Below the pieces are notes generated by a model, which did not search any database, was not told the DNA's origin, and worked only from the letters and a program-made list of their open reading frames with translations. This document shows positions 11,600-25,768 of a DNA stretch of 64,000 nt, in pieces. Position numbers and translations under genes: made by a program. The stretch covers positions 81,535,549 through 81,599,548 of the forward strand of contig NC_068990.1 in assembly GCF_001194135.2 (NCBI RefSeq), read 5' to 3'. Position 1 is the first letter of the stretch, and the number at the start of each line of letters is the position of its first letter. Source of the stretch: Octopus bimaculoides. Its lineage: Eukaryota.

Positions 11600-12120
11600 T
11601 CTCACCCTCATTGCACTTAGCATTTTTTATTCTTTTTAATAAAATAATCAGAGAAGGAAAAGCCATGCCCATGACCATTGCAGCTGCTTCCCATATCATT
11701 TGGATTGATGCGGTTAATGTTCTTTTCAACATCTTTAAGTTGGTGTCTGAAAGAAAAATGTGTGGGAAGGGAATTTCAGAAGATTGCTGTTCAAAGGAGG
11801 AAGGATTGGATAAAATGTGTAGTGTTGTGTTTAGGACATGAAACTCAAAAAATAAGAGGTGGTGACTGGAGGAGAAAATGATAGTGGAGTTAGTTCTCCT
11901 GAGTGAAGAAGGCATGTGCTTAGTTTATTCAGATAAGCAGAAACTATATAAATAATGAACGAAGACACAACAAGCACAGAACACTGATTCACAGAATGTG
12001 TATGTGAACCAGTGGTTGATGCTGTTTGGTGTTGAAATTTTGCCAATCTATCAGTTGTGCTTCTTCTAGATGTAGTCTGAGAGTCTGTGTGTACAGCAGT
12101 ATCAGCTGCAGAATCCCATG
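11600..12120 (-). mobile_element. Possible CR1/L2-group LINE relic (endonuclease-RT linker)
   Basis: Raised GC; SSSHHLLF and EIPFPHIF resemble the SSDHxLI and DFPW motifs. Heavily decayed. Confidence 0.3.
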
Positions 12121-13105
12121 GATATGAATATTACTCCACTATGAATCTTACTTGAGTTTTATGCAATATGTCTTTTTATCAAGTCATTATAAATCAGCTC
12201 TTGAATACAACAATGGCTGAATGGTTCTTGGGTCCCTGTCAGAGAGATTGAACATGTAAATTAAAGATTTATACATTGTATCATGCTGATTCAGTATGAG
12301 AATAGCATAAAGAGTTACTTGCATGCTAATTCAGGTAATTCAGTCGTTTTAACAGCTGAATTCTTATAATCAAAACTGACAGGGATACACTCTTTTTACA
12401 AATCAGCTCACTAAACACATTGCACTTTAATATAACAGGATGTTTATTATAGTAGTTACTGCTAAAACCTTTCCACTTGGAGTCGTCAAGAAGGGATCCT
12501 CTGCTTGATTGCTATATTTACCAGAAACAACATCCAAATCTTCCTCAAATCACACTCTACAATCTTAAAACTGGAAGGATACATCAGGCAATGCAGTCTT
12601 AGATACACTATTCCTAGAAAACAAAGCTGGGATGGTTATGACTTAAATAACTTTGATCATGAGCCTTCTGAATCAGTACTGACTTCTGTAAATATTTTTT
12701 AACTGTGTTTTTTCTCTTCTTGCCAGGTGCTTCTCTAGCTATATATTTCTTTTAATTTAACTGCTTATGCTAACTTCTACACAGCAATATTTTTCTGCTG
12801 TTTAGTCCCAGATCAATCCTTATCAAACAGGCTATTGATGAAAGACAAAACAGTCATGATTGTCCTGTCATTTTGTATATTGAGAACTACAATGTCCAGT
12901 GCATCTTCCATTTTTTAATACACTAGTATGGGATTTGAAGGAGATTTTGCTGTTATTCTGATCAAGTCAAGCAACTGTGTACAAACTCCCTTGTAAGCTT
13001 ATCTGTTGTATTGTTATTTAATGGAACTCTTCATATTATTTGTTGTCATTTTGATAAAACTGGATTTAAAACATCTATTACCAATAACTTACAGTTGTCT
13101 GACTT

Positions 13106-13422
13106 CATATCATCATCGTTATGTGTCCCCATTTCCATGCTAGCATGGGTTGGATAGTTTGACATGAACAGACAAGCCAGAGGGATATGCTAAATTTTAA
13201 TGTATGCTTTGGTATGGTTTCTTCAGCAGGATGCCCTTCCTAACACCAACTACTTTACAAAGTGTACTTGGTGATTTGTGCACAGCACCAGCATTGGTGG
13301 AGTCACCAAGTACCTGCAAAATAAGACCCTCAACTGAATTAGGTATAGAATTGAATGGTAAGAAACAGGGATAGACAGGAACAAGTGTCTTGCTGATGAG
13401 GTGAATAAATGGCTTGCCCACT

Positions 13423-13470
<48 letters not shown>

Positions 13471-14172
13471 TGTGATATCAAGATACAAGGTGAATATGAG
13501 AGACATAATAGGATAGAGAAGCAGAAAAACTGTATGTATAGGTAAGTGCGCTGAGTGAAAATAGTCTGACAGACAATTGGAGATAGGGAATGGGTTGGAT
13601 GCAAAGAATATCAGTTGAGCAGAGAGAAAATGAATGAAAGAAATAAAGTAGTTCAGAAGATTGAGTTGTGGGGAAAGTCTTGATAGAATCTCAATTCTGC
13701 TGAGAAAGACAAGTCTTCTCAAGTACAGCATATCACTATCCATCTTGGTTCCCCATCATCCCTTCTGAGAGACTCAACATCTTGAGGTCAGTCTTCACCA
13801 CTTCATCCCTGGGTCTTCCTCTTCTACAGACTCCTCATCTATCTGCATCACATGACCATACCAGCACAGTCTTTCCTGTGCACGTTTGATGCCTCTTATG
13901 GCCAATTTTTCTCTCAGCACATTTGTTCTTCGTTGTACAGGTTCACTGATGTTGCACATCCATTGGCGCATACATGTTTCATTTCTCTCTAGTCTCCACA
14001 TATCCTCTGCATTCACAGCCCATGCTTCACAACCATGTAGCATTGCTGTTCATACAGAGGCATTGTATATTTGCTTTTCACTCTGAGAAATAGACCTTTT
14101 GTTATCAACAGAGGTAAAAACTCTTTGAAGTTTCTCCAGCCAGTTCTTATTTTAGCAACTATACTTTCATAA
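13106..14172 (-). mobile_element. RTE-clade LINE 3' fragment with long 3' UTR
   Basis: ORF 13795-14043 reads MLHGCEAWAVNAEDMWRLERNETCMRQWMCNI...LCWYGHVM. It is followed by a pyrimidine-rich UTR with an (AG)n expansion and the CATGCTAGCATGGAAA..GATGATG tail. Confidence 0.9.
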
Positions 14173-14227
14173 CACTAATGCTTTTTATGTGGCACCTTGG
14201 TTTTAAGATATCAATTCTATTGTGGTG

Positions 14228-14415
14228 AGCAGGTCTTCCTGAGTACAGCAATGCACCACATATCTCATTCTTTTGTCATCTCCTTTGTAAGGCTCAGAGT
14301 TTTGAGATCAGCCTTCAATACTTTGTCCCATGTCTTCCTGGGTCTTCCTCTTCCACAACTTGCTTCCACTTTAAGTGATCGGCACTTCTTTATGCAACTA
14401 CCTCATCCATGTATT
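14228..14415 (-). mobile_element. Second RTE ORF C-terminal fragment
   Basis: Minus frame CIKKCRSLKVEASCGRGRPRKTWDKVLKADLKTLSLTKEMT. Confidence 0.85.
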
Positions 14416-16840
14416 GCAGTATTTTGTCATTTTTTTAACGTTCTAAGTTTGAATTTGAAAAACTATATATTTAAAATTAGCAATAGCAGGAAAATTAATG
14501 ATAATGAGCGGACTTGTCTTTTTTGTGTGAAATTTGCTACAATGCTTTTTGATGCATTGATTTATCCTCAGTTTGGTTTCCATTGGGAGTTTGAGCCCTT
14601 AAGATTATAAAGACCTGCAAAATGAATCAACTTAATTTTGTATTGAGCAACAAAAAGATAATAGATGGTCTTGAAATTGGCAGCAGTGATGATGAAGACA
14701 GTGTTAGTATCTGTAATAATATCTAACCTCCCAAATCTGTAACAGGCCATTGGGAAAATTGAAAACCTCTGTGCAAGTGTTATGTTGTGGCCTGAAGTAA
14801 TAAACTTGGGCAATGTGAGAAATGTATAATGAAATCGTTGATTCTCTTCATCATCACAACTAATTCAATTTTTTCAGAAAATCATCATCATCATCATGAT
14901 CACCATCACCTCTACTAATGAATGAATGATAAAACCTTAATGAAGGAATGATAAAACCTCTATGTGGTTTCACAAACTGATAGAAATAACTTCCAATTAT
15001 CCATTAAACCAACATCTATAATTTTAAAGAAACTACAACCACATTAAATAATGTAGTCCTACCTACAATATTTAAGTTACTGATAACATATTTAATTCAA
15101 GGAGCATTAATAAACTAACTGAAAATAATTATATAGTGAGAGAATAGAAATGTTTGTAAATAACTATTATTATTTTTAATGTTTTGTCTGATATGACAGA
15201 CAATGTTAGAAATGTTTAACTTTGTTATAACCTTGTCATCAAAGCATTGACTTTCTTTACTTGATGGAAATAATAAAAAGACAGGATTGTTATGGCTGAA
15301 TTGTGTCTCACTATAGTTGAATCAGGGCTGACGTGAGACTAAATGACAAAAATAATCACCCCTATCATCTTAATTACTATCAGGAGAGTGATTGTAACAT
15401 TTAGGGGCTTTTTATCTCCATGAAATATTTTATCTGAAAAATAATTTGCTTCTCAATTTATATCAATTTTTATTTTACTTTTAATAAAAGAACATACTAT
15501 ATAACTGAAAGCTACTAATTTTGAAAGCAATTTCTGTAACATAATTATTACCTATAACAAATTAAAATTTTCGAGTATATGTAGAATTCTAATCAAATTA
15601 TAATATTGATAAATATAAGCAATAATAGAAATATTAAAGAATATTGAATTATTTTCTTTGAAAATTATTAATTATTACCATATTTCTATTTGATAAATGT
15701 ATTTCATTTTCAACTTCATAATATTTCACATATTTTTAATTGAATAATTGTGAACAATTAGCATTGTATGGTACATGTATTTTATTGTAAAAATTATTCA
15801 ATTACCATTGTATTATTCATTACAGTTGTTTTTTATTCCATAGCAAATGGGCTGGGCTTACATTTTCATGCTATATTTTATTCTGTAGCCATTTTATAGC
15901 CTGACTTTCTTCATGTCATAATGTCGTAAGTTCACATTCTTCCTAAGTTTAGTTTATCATTTTCAACTGTGTATTTGGTTTTCATGAAATTATACCATCC
16001 ATGTAGTTTTTCATTTAATTTCACTCCTCTTACTCAAATAGATCACGAGTCTGTTAAGCATTTCATAGATCTCAGATGTAAACAGAATATTACAATCCTC
16101 TTTCATCATTTTGCCTCCAGCTCAGCCCCTATCTTCACCACTGCCACCACCACTACTGTTACTAGAAACAACATCTTTCATGAATGAATGATTGAGCATT
16201 CTTGTGGCTGTTTTAGCTGACAAAAATAAAAGAACCCTACGACATATATTTCTTTAAAAAAGAGGGCGCAATTAAATAGTTTTTGTCCTACCTATGAAAT
16301 ATTTACAATTCTCTAATACTCTTTCATCCTACATAGAATTTATATATTATATTCTATATACTATATATGCTAATTCTAATCTTACTTTCACTTTCATTTT
16401 CCTTTATTTGTATCAATGATTTTTTTACAAAGTTACTTATCTTTTAAGCATCCCAATTTTCCTCTTAATTCATAAATATTAAACTACATTAATGATGTCA
16501 CAAAAGTTTGAAATTAATTCCTGGTTATTAAAATATCCACTTGAGAATCATGTTAACAATATTTATGAAAATAATTTTAAATATTTAATAACATAGTTTG
16601 AAAATATCAGGATATAATGAGCGAATCCATGAGTAGAAAAAGTGTATTTAATTAATGATAATGAAGCTAAGCTGTTAACAAGATGAATATTTTCATCAAT
16701 TTCACATTCAAACCTGGAATGCATTCAGATTTTGTATTATCTAATGATTACAGTTAAGCACAAACTACTAAAGGATGAAAATGATTTTTTTTATATATTT
16801 ATTTAAACAATAAGGTAGATTTGAATAGGAAGTTCAAAAG

Positions 16841-16844
16841 ATTA

Positions 16845-16916
<72 letters not shown>
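16841..16916. repeat. (ATT)n microsatellite
   Basis: Direct reading. Confidence 0.95.
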
Positions 16917-16917
<1 letters not shown>

Positions 16918-17149
16918 TCTTTTACTGAAACTTCTTTTTTTAGTGTTTTTGTTTTAATTTTGTTGCTTTCTTCACTACAGCCTCTAGTTATCTACTTTAT
17001 TAAACATTGCAACATTATCTTATGATAAAATAATTATTTCATTATTAATATTCAAAAAAATTTTTAATCAACTTCAGAGAATATTTCATATTATACATGA
17101 TATACATTTAATTAGTCAAAGAGGGTGGGAGAGTAACTATGACCTTTAA

Positions 17150-17465
17150 AGGCCATTCATCCATCCCAGAATAGTGGGATTCCTGTAGTCAGTGTTTGAA
17201 CTTTTGTAGATAAAAGTATACCTGAAAAATTTAGGCAAATGTATGCTGGGGAGAAATTTCACAGGGTTGCAATTCTTGGAGAAAGGATCAAGGAAGTGTT
17301 TAAAGTGGAAACTGGGAGTTGAGATGCAGTATGATTGATAAGGAAAGGAAATCTTCTATAGGATTGGGTAGAAGTGATTTATTGCTAAGTAATTCAGTGA
17401 GATGGAAACCATTGCAATAACAGTTGAAGAGAAAAGGGAGAGGAAACAGCATAACGTTTGTAGTG
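17150..17465 (-). mobile_element. CR1-like LINE 3' end relic
   Basis: Minus strand RYAVSS / FLFNCYCNG ... YFYLQKFKH* resembles the RRAVSSLSLFYRYYxG ... YNLQKFK C-terminus I recall for invertebrate CR1 ORF2. Confidence 0.5.
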
Positions 17466-18460
17466 TGTTGGCGAGTGAATATTTGTCTTGTTTTAAATAC
17501 AGTCTAAGTGATTTAACATCACCACCTTGCTCTCAGTTGCTTTTAGAGGAGCCCTCTCTTTTGCAATCAATCAGGTTAGCTCTCCGATCTCTGGTCTAAG
17601 GATAACTTCTCCCACTTGCTTTGAGAGTCTTCAAAAGAGTCATGGGTACTGACTTACCTCCTTTTATTAATCATTAAATAAATAAAACTGGAAGTGAAAC
17701 TGTTTCTAATTAGGTTGGCTCCAGAAAGTAAGAATCAGATGAAATACTTTACTTACTGTGTATGGAGCTCTCTGTTTTGCTTATTGTCGAATAAAGTCCT
17801 CTATGTTTTTACTTATAAGCATTTGACTTTCTGACACGAAGATCTGAATCAGCTAATATATTGAGAATTAATGATGCAAGGGTTATCCTAGAGATGAAGG
17901 TTCTAAAAGATGAAAGCTTTATATGAATATGATATGAAATTTATGTCTGCTTTGCCTAAATGCTAAAATAAAAAAAGTGGGGATAATGAATTGGAATTAA
18001 TGATAAAATCTGTTACAAAAGTGAGATATCAGGTTCATCATGTTACCAAATTGGTGTTTTAACTCTATCATAACCAAAATTGCAACTCATATGCAGATGG
18101 ATAGTGGTGGCTTTATATTTAGAAATCTGAAGATTAATCTTATTTATTCAGTTTTTATAGAAGAAAAATAAAATTTTAATACTACTAAACTAAGGAATTG
18201 TATTTGATAATGATATATATAAAAATAATGATTAGAAAAATATTTCACTTCATAATCATAAGCTTTGTAAAGAGCAGCTGCAATTTCAGGCTCTTGAAAT
18301 TCTTCAAAGAAAGAAAGAAACTGTTTTCAAAACTATCTACTTGGCTAATTTTTAAGCTTGATTTATAAAACGTATTAGATACTTGCTGGAAAGTTCATAT
18401 TAACTTAATTGGAAACCTACTTACAGTGAGATGGACAATCATATTGTGTAGTGATACTAA

Positions 18461-18844
18461 GTGGAGGCGCAATGGCCCATTGTTTAGGGCAGCGGACTCA
18501 CGGTCATAGGATCGCGGTTTCGATTCCCAGACCAGGCGTTGTGAGTGTTATTGAGCGAAAACACCTAAAGCTCCACGAGGCTCCGGCAGGGGATGGTGCA
18601 GAACCCTGCTGTACTCTTTCACCACAACTTTCTCTCACTCTTACTTCCTGTTTCTATTGTGCCTGTAATTCAAAGGGTCAGCCTTGTCACACTGTGTCAC
18701 GCTGAATATCCCCGAGAACTACGTTAAGGGTACACGTGTCTGTGGAGTGCTCAGCCACTTGCACGTTAATTTCACAAGCAGGCTGTTCCCTTGATCGGAT
18801 CAACTGGAACCCTCAACGTCATAAGCGACAGAGTGCCAACAACA
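18461..18844 (+). mobile_element. Full-length tRNA-derived SINE, family A, with 11-bp TSD
   Basis: A box TGGCCCATTG, B box GTTTCGATTCC, CpG-rich body and (CAA)n tail. TSD AGTGATACTAA at 18450-18460 and 18845-18855. Confidence 0.92.
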
Positions 18845-21689
18845 AGTGATACTAAACTATAATATAATGGTAAAGGAACTAATTAAACTCAAAACCAGCT
18901 TATACAAAGTAATGTAAATTATACTAAACATGATATAATGGTATCATAACCATATCCTGAAAGTTTTCCAGTTACATTGTTAAGCTTTGTTATTGGATAA
19001 CCACTCAAGGACTACTCAAATTTCAAGACCTACCTATAAAATGTTCACTTTATTAAGAAGTACTTAAAAATAAACTCAGTTTCAGTAGTTGTATACTGGA
19101 AAACTGAAGTGAAATAATCTAAGGAACTGATCAATTTTCCTTTTTAAAATATTTCAGGCCTTTTTGCAGTGTTTTTGATCAGGTGTGGTTAGACCACACC
19201 TGATGGTGACTTGCTAACTTTACATCTCATTTCCCATTATCACAACAGATTGTTACCTTGAAGATTTATTCAGTTTGAGGCTGCATAATGTTTTCCATCC
19301 TTTCTGATTAAATAAGTTTGGTCTTATTGTAATTTATTGTAATTAACACTATATCATCTGACGACTAGGGTGCTTATAACAGAATTTACTCTGTTAGGTT
19401 TCTGGTTTGAGGTTTCTTCCTCCTTCCATCTTACTTATTCCAGAGTTCCTGTAAAAGGCCTCAATGTTTTCCCTTCTGACTAAAAGATGTAACAAAAAAT
19501 TACTTTTTCTTTTTTGCAAGTTGTGTGGAATAATGTTACATAAATCTTTCTGTATATATTAATTCTTCCAACTGCACTACTCAAACATTTTGATATAATC
19601 TTTGTTCTTCAAAATATGATAGTAGCTGTGTTATTTAAAGCTAACAAAATAAGATAGTAGCTGTGTAATTTAAAGCTAACAATTAAAATGATCAAAGTGG
19701 ATATTATATATACAAATACATCACTTTTATATTAAAGTTTAAAAGTGGGAAGGGCAAATTTTATAGCATCCACACTTATGTCAGTATCAACCTCTCTCAT
19801 TCTTAAAATATGATCGATTAGAAGGACCCACAAGAGTGTTGCACTAATTTTTCGAAAATATACAAACAACAAAATTTGCCTCAAATTACACCCTAACATT
19901 ATAAAAAATAAAGGTCTTTGGATAATGTGTTACTAAATAAGCTATAATCAAAAAGGCTTGCTTAGTTGATTATTTTTTCAAATTCTCTCATTAGAACTGA
20001 ACAGAATTTAAAAAACAAGACAGTTCAGCTTCTGTTAGATTTCATATTATATTTCATTTTTCACATGCGTGGCATGGAAGGAGAGGGGAACAAATTACTG
20101 TATATGATTATGTTGAACAGATAATCAATAGCTTTTAGAATTATTATTTTCTTCCAAAGTCCCAATAGCAATTTAGAACCCATATGCATTATAGATTCCT
20201 GATACTATGACTACTGGCATTGGCTAGTCAATGATAAAGCTATTGTGAGAAATTTACTGTTTATATTTCTTGTTTAATATTGGTAGCTAAGAGTTAAAGG
20301 GACATAACTATATTTTAACTCCAAAATACAAAATTAACTGCCACTTGTTTTCTTTCAATAATTGAAAGATATTACTTTCCCATTTTGGATACAAGATGTA
20401 TAAAGTAGACTTAAATACACACATACTTTTGGTCTCACACACACACACACACAAGGCAAAATATGATTTCTTATAATATGTGTCCTTGCCGACTATTCAT
20501 TGCAAATAAGTAACTTCTTGATGGTAATTAAAAATTTCTTTATAATCAATTTTTATTTTATTTATTTATTTATTTATGTAAATTATTGTTTAGCTAAGGA
20601 TATATGAAGAATAATTTTGGAATAAATGAAATAATGTTATCTATGTTTCTAGAATTGACTATATACATTGGGTAGGAGTGTTAACGTATACTCATTGGAT
20701 ATTTATGTACATGTAATACATTTATACACACACACACACACACACATGTTTGCATGTGTATGTATACAAATATATGCATGTATGGAATATCTATATACTT
20801 GTTTCATTCATTTTTACACCAGATTTTCTATCCTGGCACAAACTAGACAAATATATTAAGGAGAAATTATTTTACAGCTAGACACTCAAGATTCCTTTAA
20901 CTAATATTTACATGTTTTTCAAGTAAGGAATCTTTTTTTTTATTCCACATATCTCTGGAAACTTAATGCCAGCGAACACACCATTGAAAGGAAAATGAAA
21001 ACACACACACACACACATGTGTGTAGTTTCTCTGTGGGGGTGTGTATGTGCAGAAGATATAGAAGGGAATTATGTATAAAATACGTTATATGAGGGAATA
21101 TGCAGTGTGTTATGTATTATATATTTTTCATATATACATACTGATATATCGTGTGTGTGTGTATGCGCGCGCGCAAATATATATTTTTTCTGTGTTTTCT
21201 ATACTTTTTCATGACAGAATAACTGAAATTATGATAGTAGATATTACTTACTCTTGCATATCGACACATCTCTACAGCAGATCATTGTTATGTACTTCCA
21301 TATAAAAAAAAAAAACCAACAAATAATGTTAATAGTAATGATAAAAATAATAATAACAAAGTAATGTAGCTTACTTTAGTTTATTGTGCCTCACTTTGTT
21401 CCTACTACTTTATGATTGAGTGGTTTGTTAAATGAAGGGGTTATCCAGATGTAAAAGCTGAATGCTTTATCTGTATGTCTCATTTTGGACATCACAATAC
21501 AAATGGAATAAAATACTGTTGCCTTTTCGTTTTTGATTTTTCCTTCTGCTCTTGCATGTTAGCATAAGTCAAAAGGTTATGAATATATTAGGTCTTTTAC
21601 ACGAGCTGATTAGCCAGAATGGCCATCTTAACAACAAATATTCAGTTAAAAGTTTAACAAACATGGATTAAGACCAGTGGGGGTGGGCT

Positions 21690-21850
21690 ATTCTCGGTTA
21701 CTTGACCAACTAGAAATAATAGCAAAATCTCACTCAGATCACACCCTACTGCCCTAAAGAAAGAAAAGAATACACTGGATAATGTAGTTTGGATATTCCT
21801 AAAATTACAAGGTAGGCACAGGCATTCTTGACCTGATGCTAAACAACAAC
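21690..21850 (+). mobile_element. Old dispersed repeat family F (representative copy)
   Basis: Recurrent motifs ACCTGCTAGAAATAGC, CTCCCTCAAATCACACC, GGATAATGTAGTCC, GGTCATGGCTGGAATG and CTAAACAACAAC. Other decayed copies lie near 2075, 2400, 4945, 5170, 8110, 12480, 52700, 58900, 59845 (+) and 12800, 38560, 45800, 63690 (-). Class not determined. Confidence 0.6.
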
Positions 21851-22021
21851 TAAAGTATTATGTCTCATAACTATGTGTATGTATGCATGTGTGTGCTTAT
21901 GCATGTACAAATATCATCATCATATATACACACCCACACACACACATATATTGTAAAGTTCTAGTCAACATGAACTTTGTAATAAATTTGATATTACACT
22001 TAACATTAAGTCATCTCATCA

Positions 22022-22068
<47 letters not shown>

Positions 22069-22427
22069 TCGCGCACACATACACACAAACATGTATGCAT
22101 GCACACACACACACACACACACACATATAGATGTACATATGTACTTATAATAGACAGTAACTGATGATATACATTATATATATATATATATAGATATATA
22201 TATATATATATTTATTAACATCTAATATTTATCAGAAGTAACCAACTTACTCAAGGTCCAAGAATTTTGTGCATTGGCACTTGGCATGAAACTCTCAGAC
22301 CTTGAGTCAGTCTCTTACTTCTGCTAAATGCTGAATATTAATAGAGATATACATATACTCATATTTTGAGTTCTAGTTTCCCTGTTTACACCAACTTACC
22401 TATATATATATATATTATATATATATA

Positions 22428-22473
<46 letters not shown>

Positions 22474-24727
22474 TACTACTACTATTACTATTGTGCTGGA
22501 TCTCTGAGCAAGATGCTTCATTCCACTGGTGTGTTTTGTTTGGAAAGGCAAATAAATAACTAAAATACAGGTTCCACTCCACTATCTTATTCATTTGAGT
22601 AGTTAGCAAGGGCATCCATGCAGTTGTAAAAATAATTGGTATAAGAAAAACAAGAATGAAAAAATGAAAAACAAAATGCTAATTATTTCTGAAATATGTT
22701 ATGTCATCCAATATCAGGTCTAATGAATTTCTTTATGTGAAGAAAAATATATTTCTATAGCTGAACTTCATTTCCTGTTATAGAAACACAAATCTCTCCT
22801 GCATGTTCTTAATATCTTCCAACTTCTTATGAGTTATAAGATTCTTGACACAATATAAGCAATTACTTTCCCTATCAAAGATTTCCAACTAACCAAATAC
22901 TATTTCTTACTCTTTGTTGTATTAGCACTTTCAGTGATAGAATTTTTCTATTTATCCTCTTTGTCAATGATATATAACTTGTCAAGTAGATTTCCAATAA
23001 TCATTTCTGTTCCATAAAACCTATAAGATTAGCTTTTCCCAACACTCTCCTTCTCTCTGTCTCTCTCTCTCTCTCTCCCCCGCTCCATATATATATATAT
23101 AAATAAGAAAATGTACCTCCTTTCAATTGTGTGGCTTCTTTCTATCTCCTCAAGGTTTAGTTTGAGATTGTGTAAAATGGATTTATTTTCATCTATTATT
23201 TGCTGTAAGTGAAAATAAATATAAAATAATATAAAATAATCATAGAAAGATGAAACTCTATTTACCACTTATATTTTCATTTGTGGTTTTAATACCATAT
23301 TTTTCAGTTATATGGTTTCATTTTCCATACTAAAACTAATAATTTTGATAAACATTATTCTTCAATATTTATGTTTGGAAATATTAGCTTCATACTTTGT
23401 CATAAGTTCAAATTCTGCTACATCAGGTTTTATTTATCACTTAGTCAGCTTTATTCAATTTAGAGGAAAGTATACAGTATGCAGAGTTAAATGGTGGGTT
23501 TTATTCAAATTTTCTCTGTTTTAAAACTTTTGGATTAACATTCATATTATTATTGTTATCCTTGTCATCTTCATCGTTGCCTCTGCCATCATCTTTATTG
23601 TTGCTTAGCCCCAACACAAACCCCCATGAAAACCATGATCTTCCCAGCTGTTTTTGTTTTATTTTTTTGCTTTTTAGTAATGGCATATCATGAATGATAT
23701 ATGATTTATGCCATTTTTTTTTTCTTAAGGTGGCAGGATGTGGTTTTAAGGGAATTAGCTGCTATTTTAGTAGATCAAATAATCATGGATTGGCTTTCTT
23801 ATTGGTGCAAACATTTGTGTGTTCATATGTGAGTGAAGCAAATAATTAAGTCTATAATTGAGTTTCAGTTTTGTTTGGCAAAAAAGTGACAGCTTCATCC
23901 ATAAGCAATCATATGAACAAAAAAAAAATATAATCTCACCTTGTCATTCATTTCCATATCCACAAATATATACATTGTGTTTTATAGCTATTTTACTTGT
24001 GCTCATATAGTTGTTTTACACATAACACAACAGCGCCCTCTACAGTATACAAATACAATATGCTTGCTATCATTGAAAGGGAATATGAATGTATTTTAAA
24101 CAGTATGACTATTCATCTTTAACCCTCCCTAAGGATTAATCATGTATGTGTTTCTGACAAAAATGTTTTTTTACCTGATTGTTTCATTACATACCTTTTT
24201 GTGGCAGATTTCATGTCAGTGTCAACTTGGAATTTCATCCTTCTGGAAACTAACTATAAAATAGCTGTGATATGGTTTGGAGTCAGGTAACCAACTAAAA
24301 GATTCCTAGCATTCTTGCATCCTTTCCTCTTTAAGCTGGCACTGGAGTCTATGATTGTTTTCTATACCAACATTATACTGAGGATGCTGAAGGGAAACTC
24401 TGAGATCCACCTATGACACATTTTTAACTGAAAACCCTGGATCTAGTTTGGACCATGACACAAAAGGACAATTTGGTTTTGCTTTCTTGGATTGCTAAAA
24501 ATAATATTGCTGGTGATAGCAATAATCAGTTGTAACTTTGGTAAAAGTTCATGCATTATGGAGGAGAGAATAATTCAGTCTGTCAACCCTAGTATTTGAC
24601 TAATACTTAATTTTATTGGCTTTAGGAATTAAAATCAAAATGTAAAGAATAAAGAACAAAGCTAAATATGGCAATGGATTTTCTGTAATGTTGTAAGTAT
24701 CAGAATTAGTAATTCTGATACTTTTCT

Positions 24728-24770
24728 ATTGATAATAATAATAATGATAACAATAATAATAATAATAATA

Positions 24771-24831
<61 letters not shown>

Positions 24832-25069
24832 CTACCATTGGCATAAGGCCTGAAATTTTGGCTGGAAGGGGATAGTTGATAATATTGACTCCAGTGCATA
24901 ACTGGTACTAATTTCATTACCCCCAAAGGATGAAAAACAAAGTCAACCTCAGTGGAATCTGAACTCCGAACATGAATATGGATTAAATGCCACTAAGCAT
25001 ATTGTCTGGCATGCTAATGGTTCTGCCAGTTCACTGCTTTAATAATAATAATAATTATAATAATAATAA

Positions 25070-25138
<69 letters not shown>

Positions 25139-25290
25139 GGCTGATAATTGTTTCTTTTATAGGCACAAGCTCTGAGATTTGGAGGAGAGGGTTAGTCAAT
25201 TAAATGAACTCCTGTCTGTACATGATTGGTACTTTATTGAGGATATGAAAGGTAAAGCTGATATTTGCAGGATTTGAACTCAGAAAGAAA
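24728..25290 (-). mobile_element. Two family C' SINE copies with long (AAT)n/(GAT)n tracts
   Basis: C' motifs at 24829-25040 and 25150-25290; trinucleotide tracts at 24728-24829 and 25045-25134. Confidence 0.7.
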
Positions 25291-25294
25291 AGCC

Positions 25295-25332
<38 letters not shown>

Positions 25333-25646
25333 NNNNNNNNNNNNNNNNNNNNNNNNNNNNNNNNNNNNNNNNNNNNNNNNNNNNNNNNNNNNNNNNNNNN
25401 NNNNNNNNNNNNNNNNNNNNNNNNNNNNNNNNNNNNNNNNNNNNNNNNNNNNNNNNNNNNNNNNNNNNNNNNNNNNNNNNNNNNNNNNNNNNNNNNNNNN
25501 NNNNNNNNNNNNNNNNNNNNNNNNNNNNNNNNNNNNNNNNNNNNNNNNNNNNNNNNNNNNNNNNNNNNNNNNNNNNNNNNNNNNNNNNNNNNNNNNNNNN
25601 NNNNNNNNNNNNNNNNNNNNNNNNNNNNNNNNNNNNNNNNNNNNNN
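25333..25646. other. Assembly gap (314 N) inside a (TA)n tract
   Basis: N run. Confidence 1.
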
Positions 25647-25711
25647 ATATATATGCATATATATGCATATATATGTATATATATGTATGCATAAATGTAT
25701 AAATACATGTT

Positions 25712-25768
<57 letters not shown>

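Noticed and set aside
14622-14726. MNQLNFVLSNKKIIDGLEIGSSDDEDS, like an acidic transposase N-terminus
   Set aside because: Stops after 34 codons; no TTAA-bounded TIRs or catalytic region found.
18461-18540. tRNA-like A and B boxes (also heads of families B and C)
   Set aside because: They are SINE heads with TSDs and bodies; no full cloverleaf, so not called as tRNA genes.
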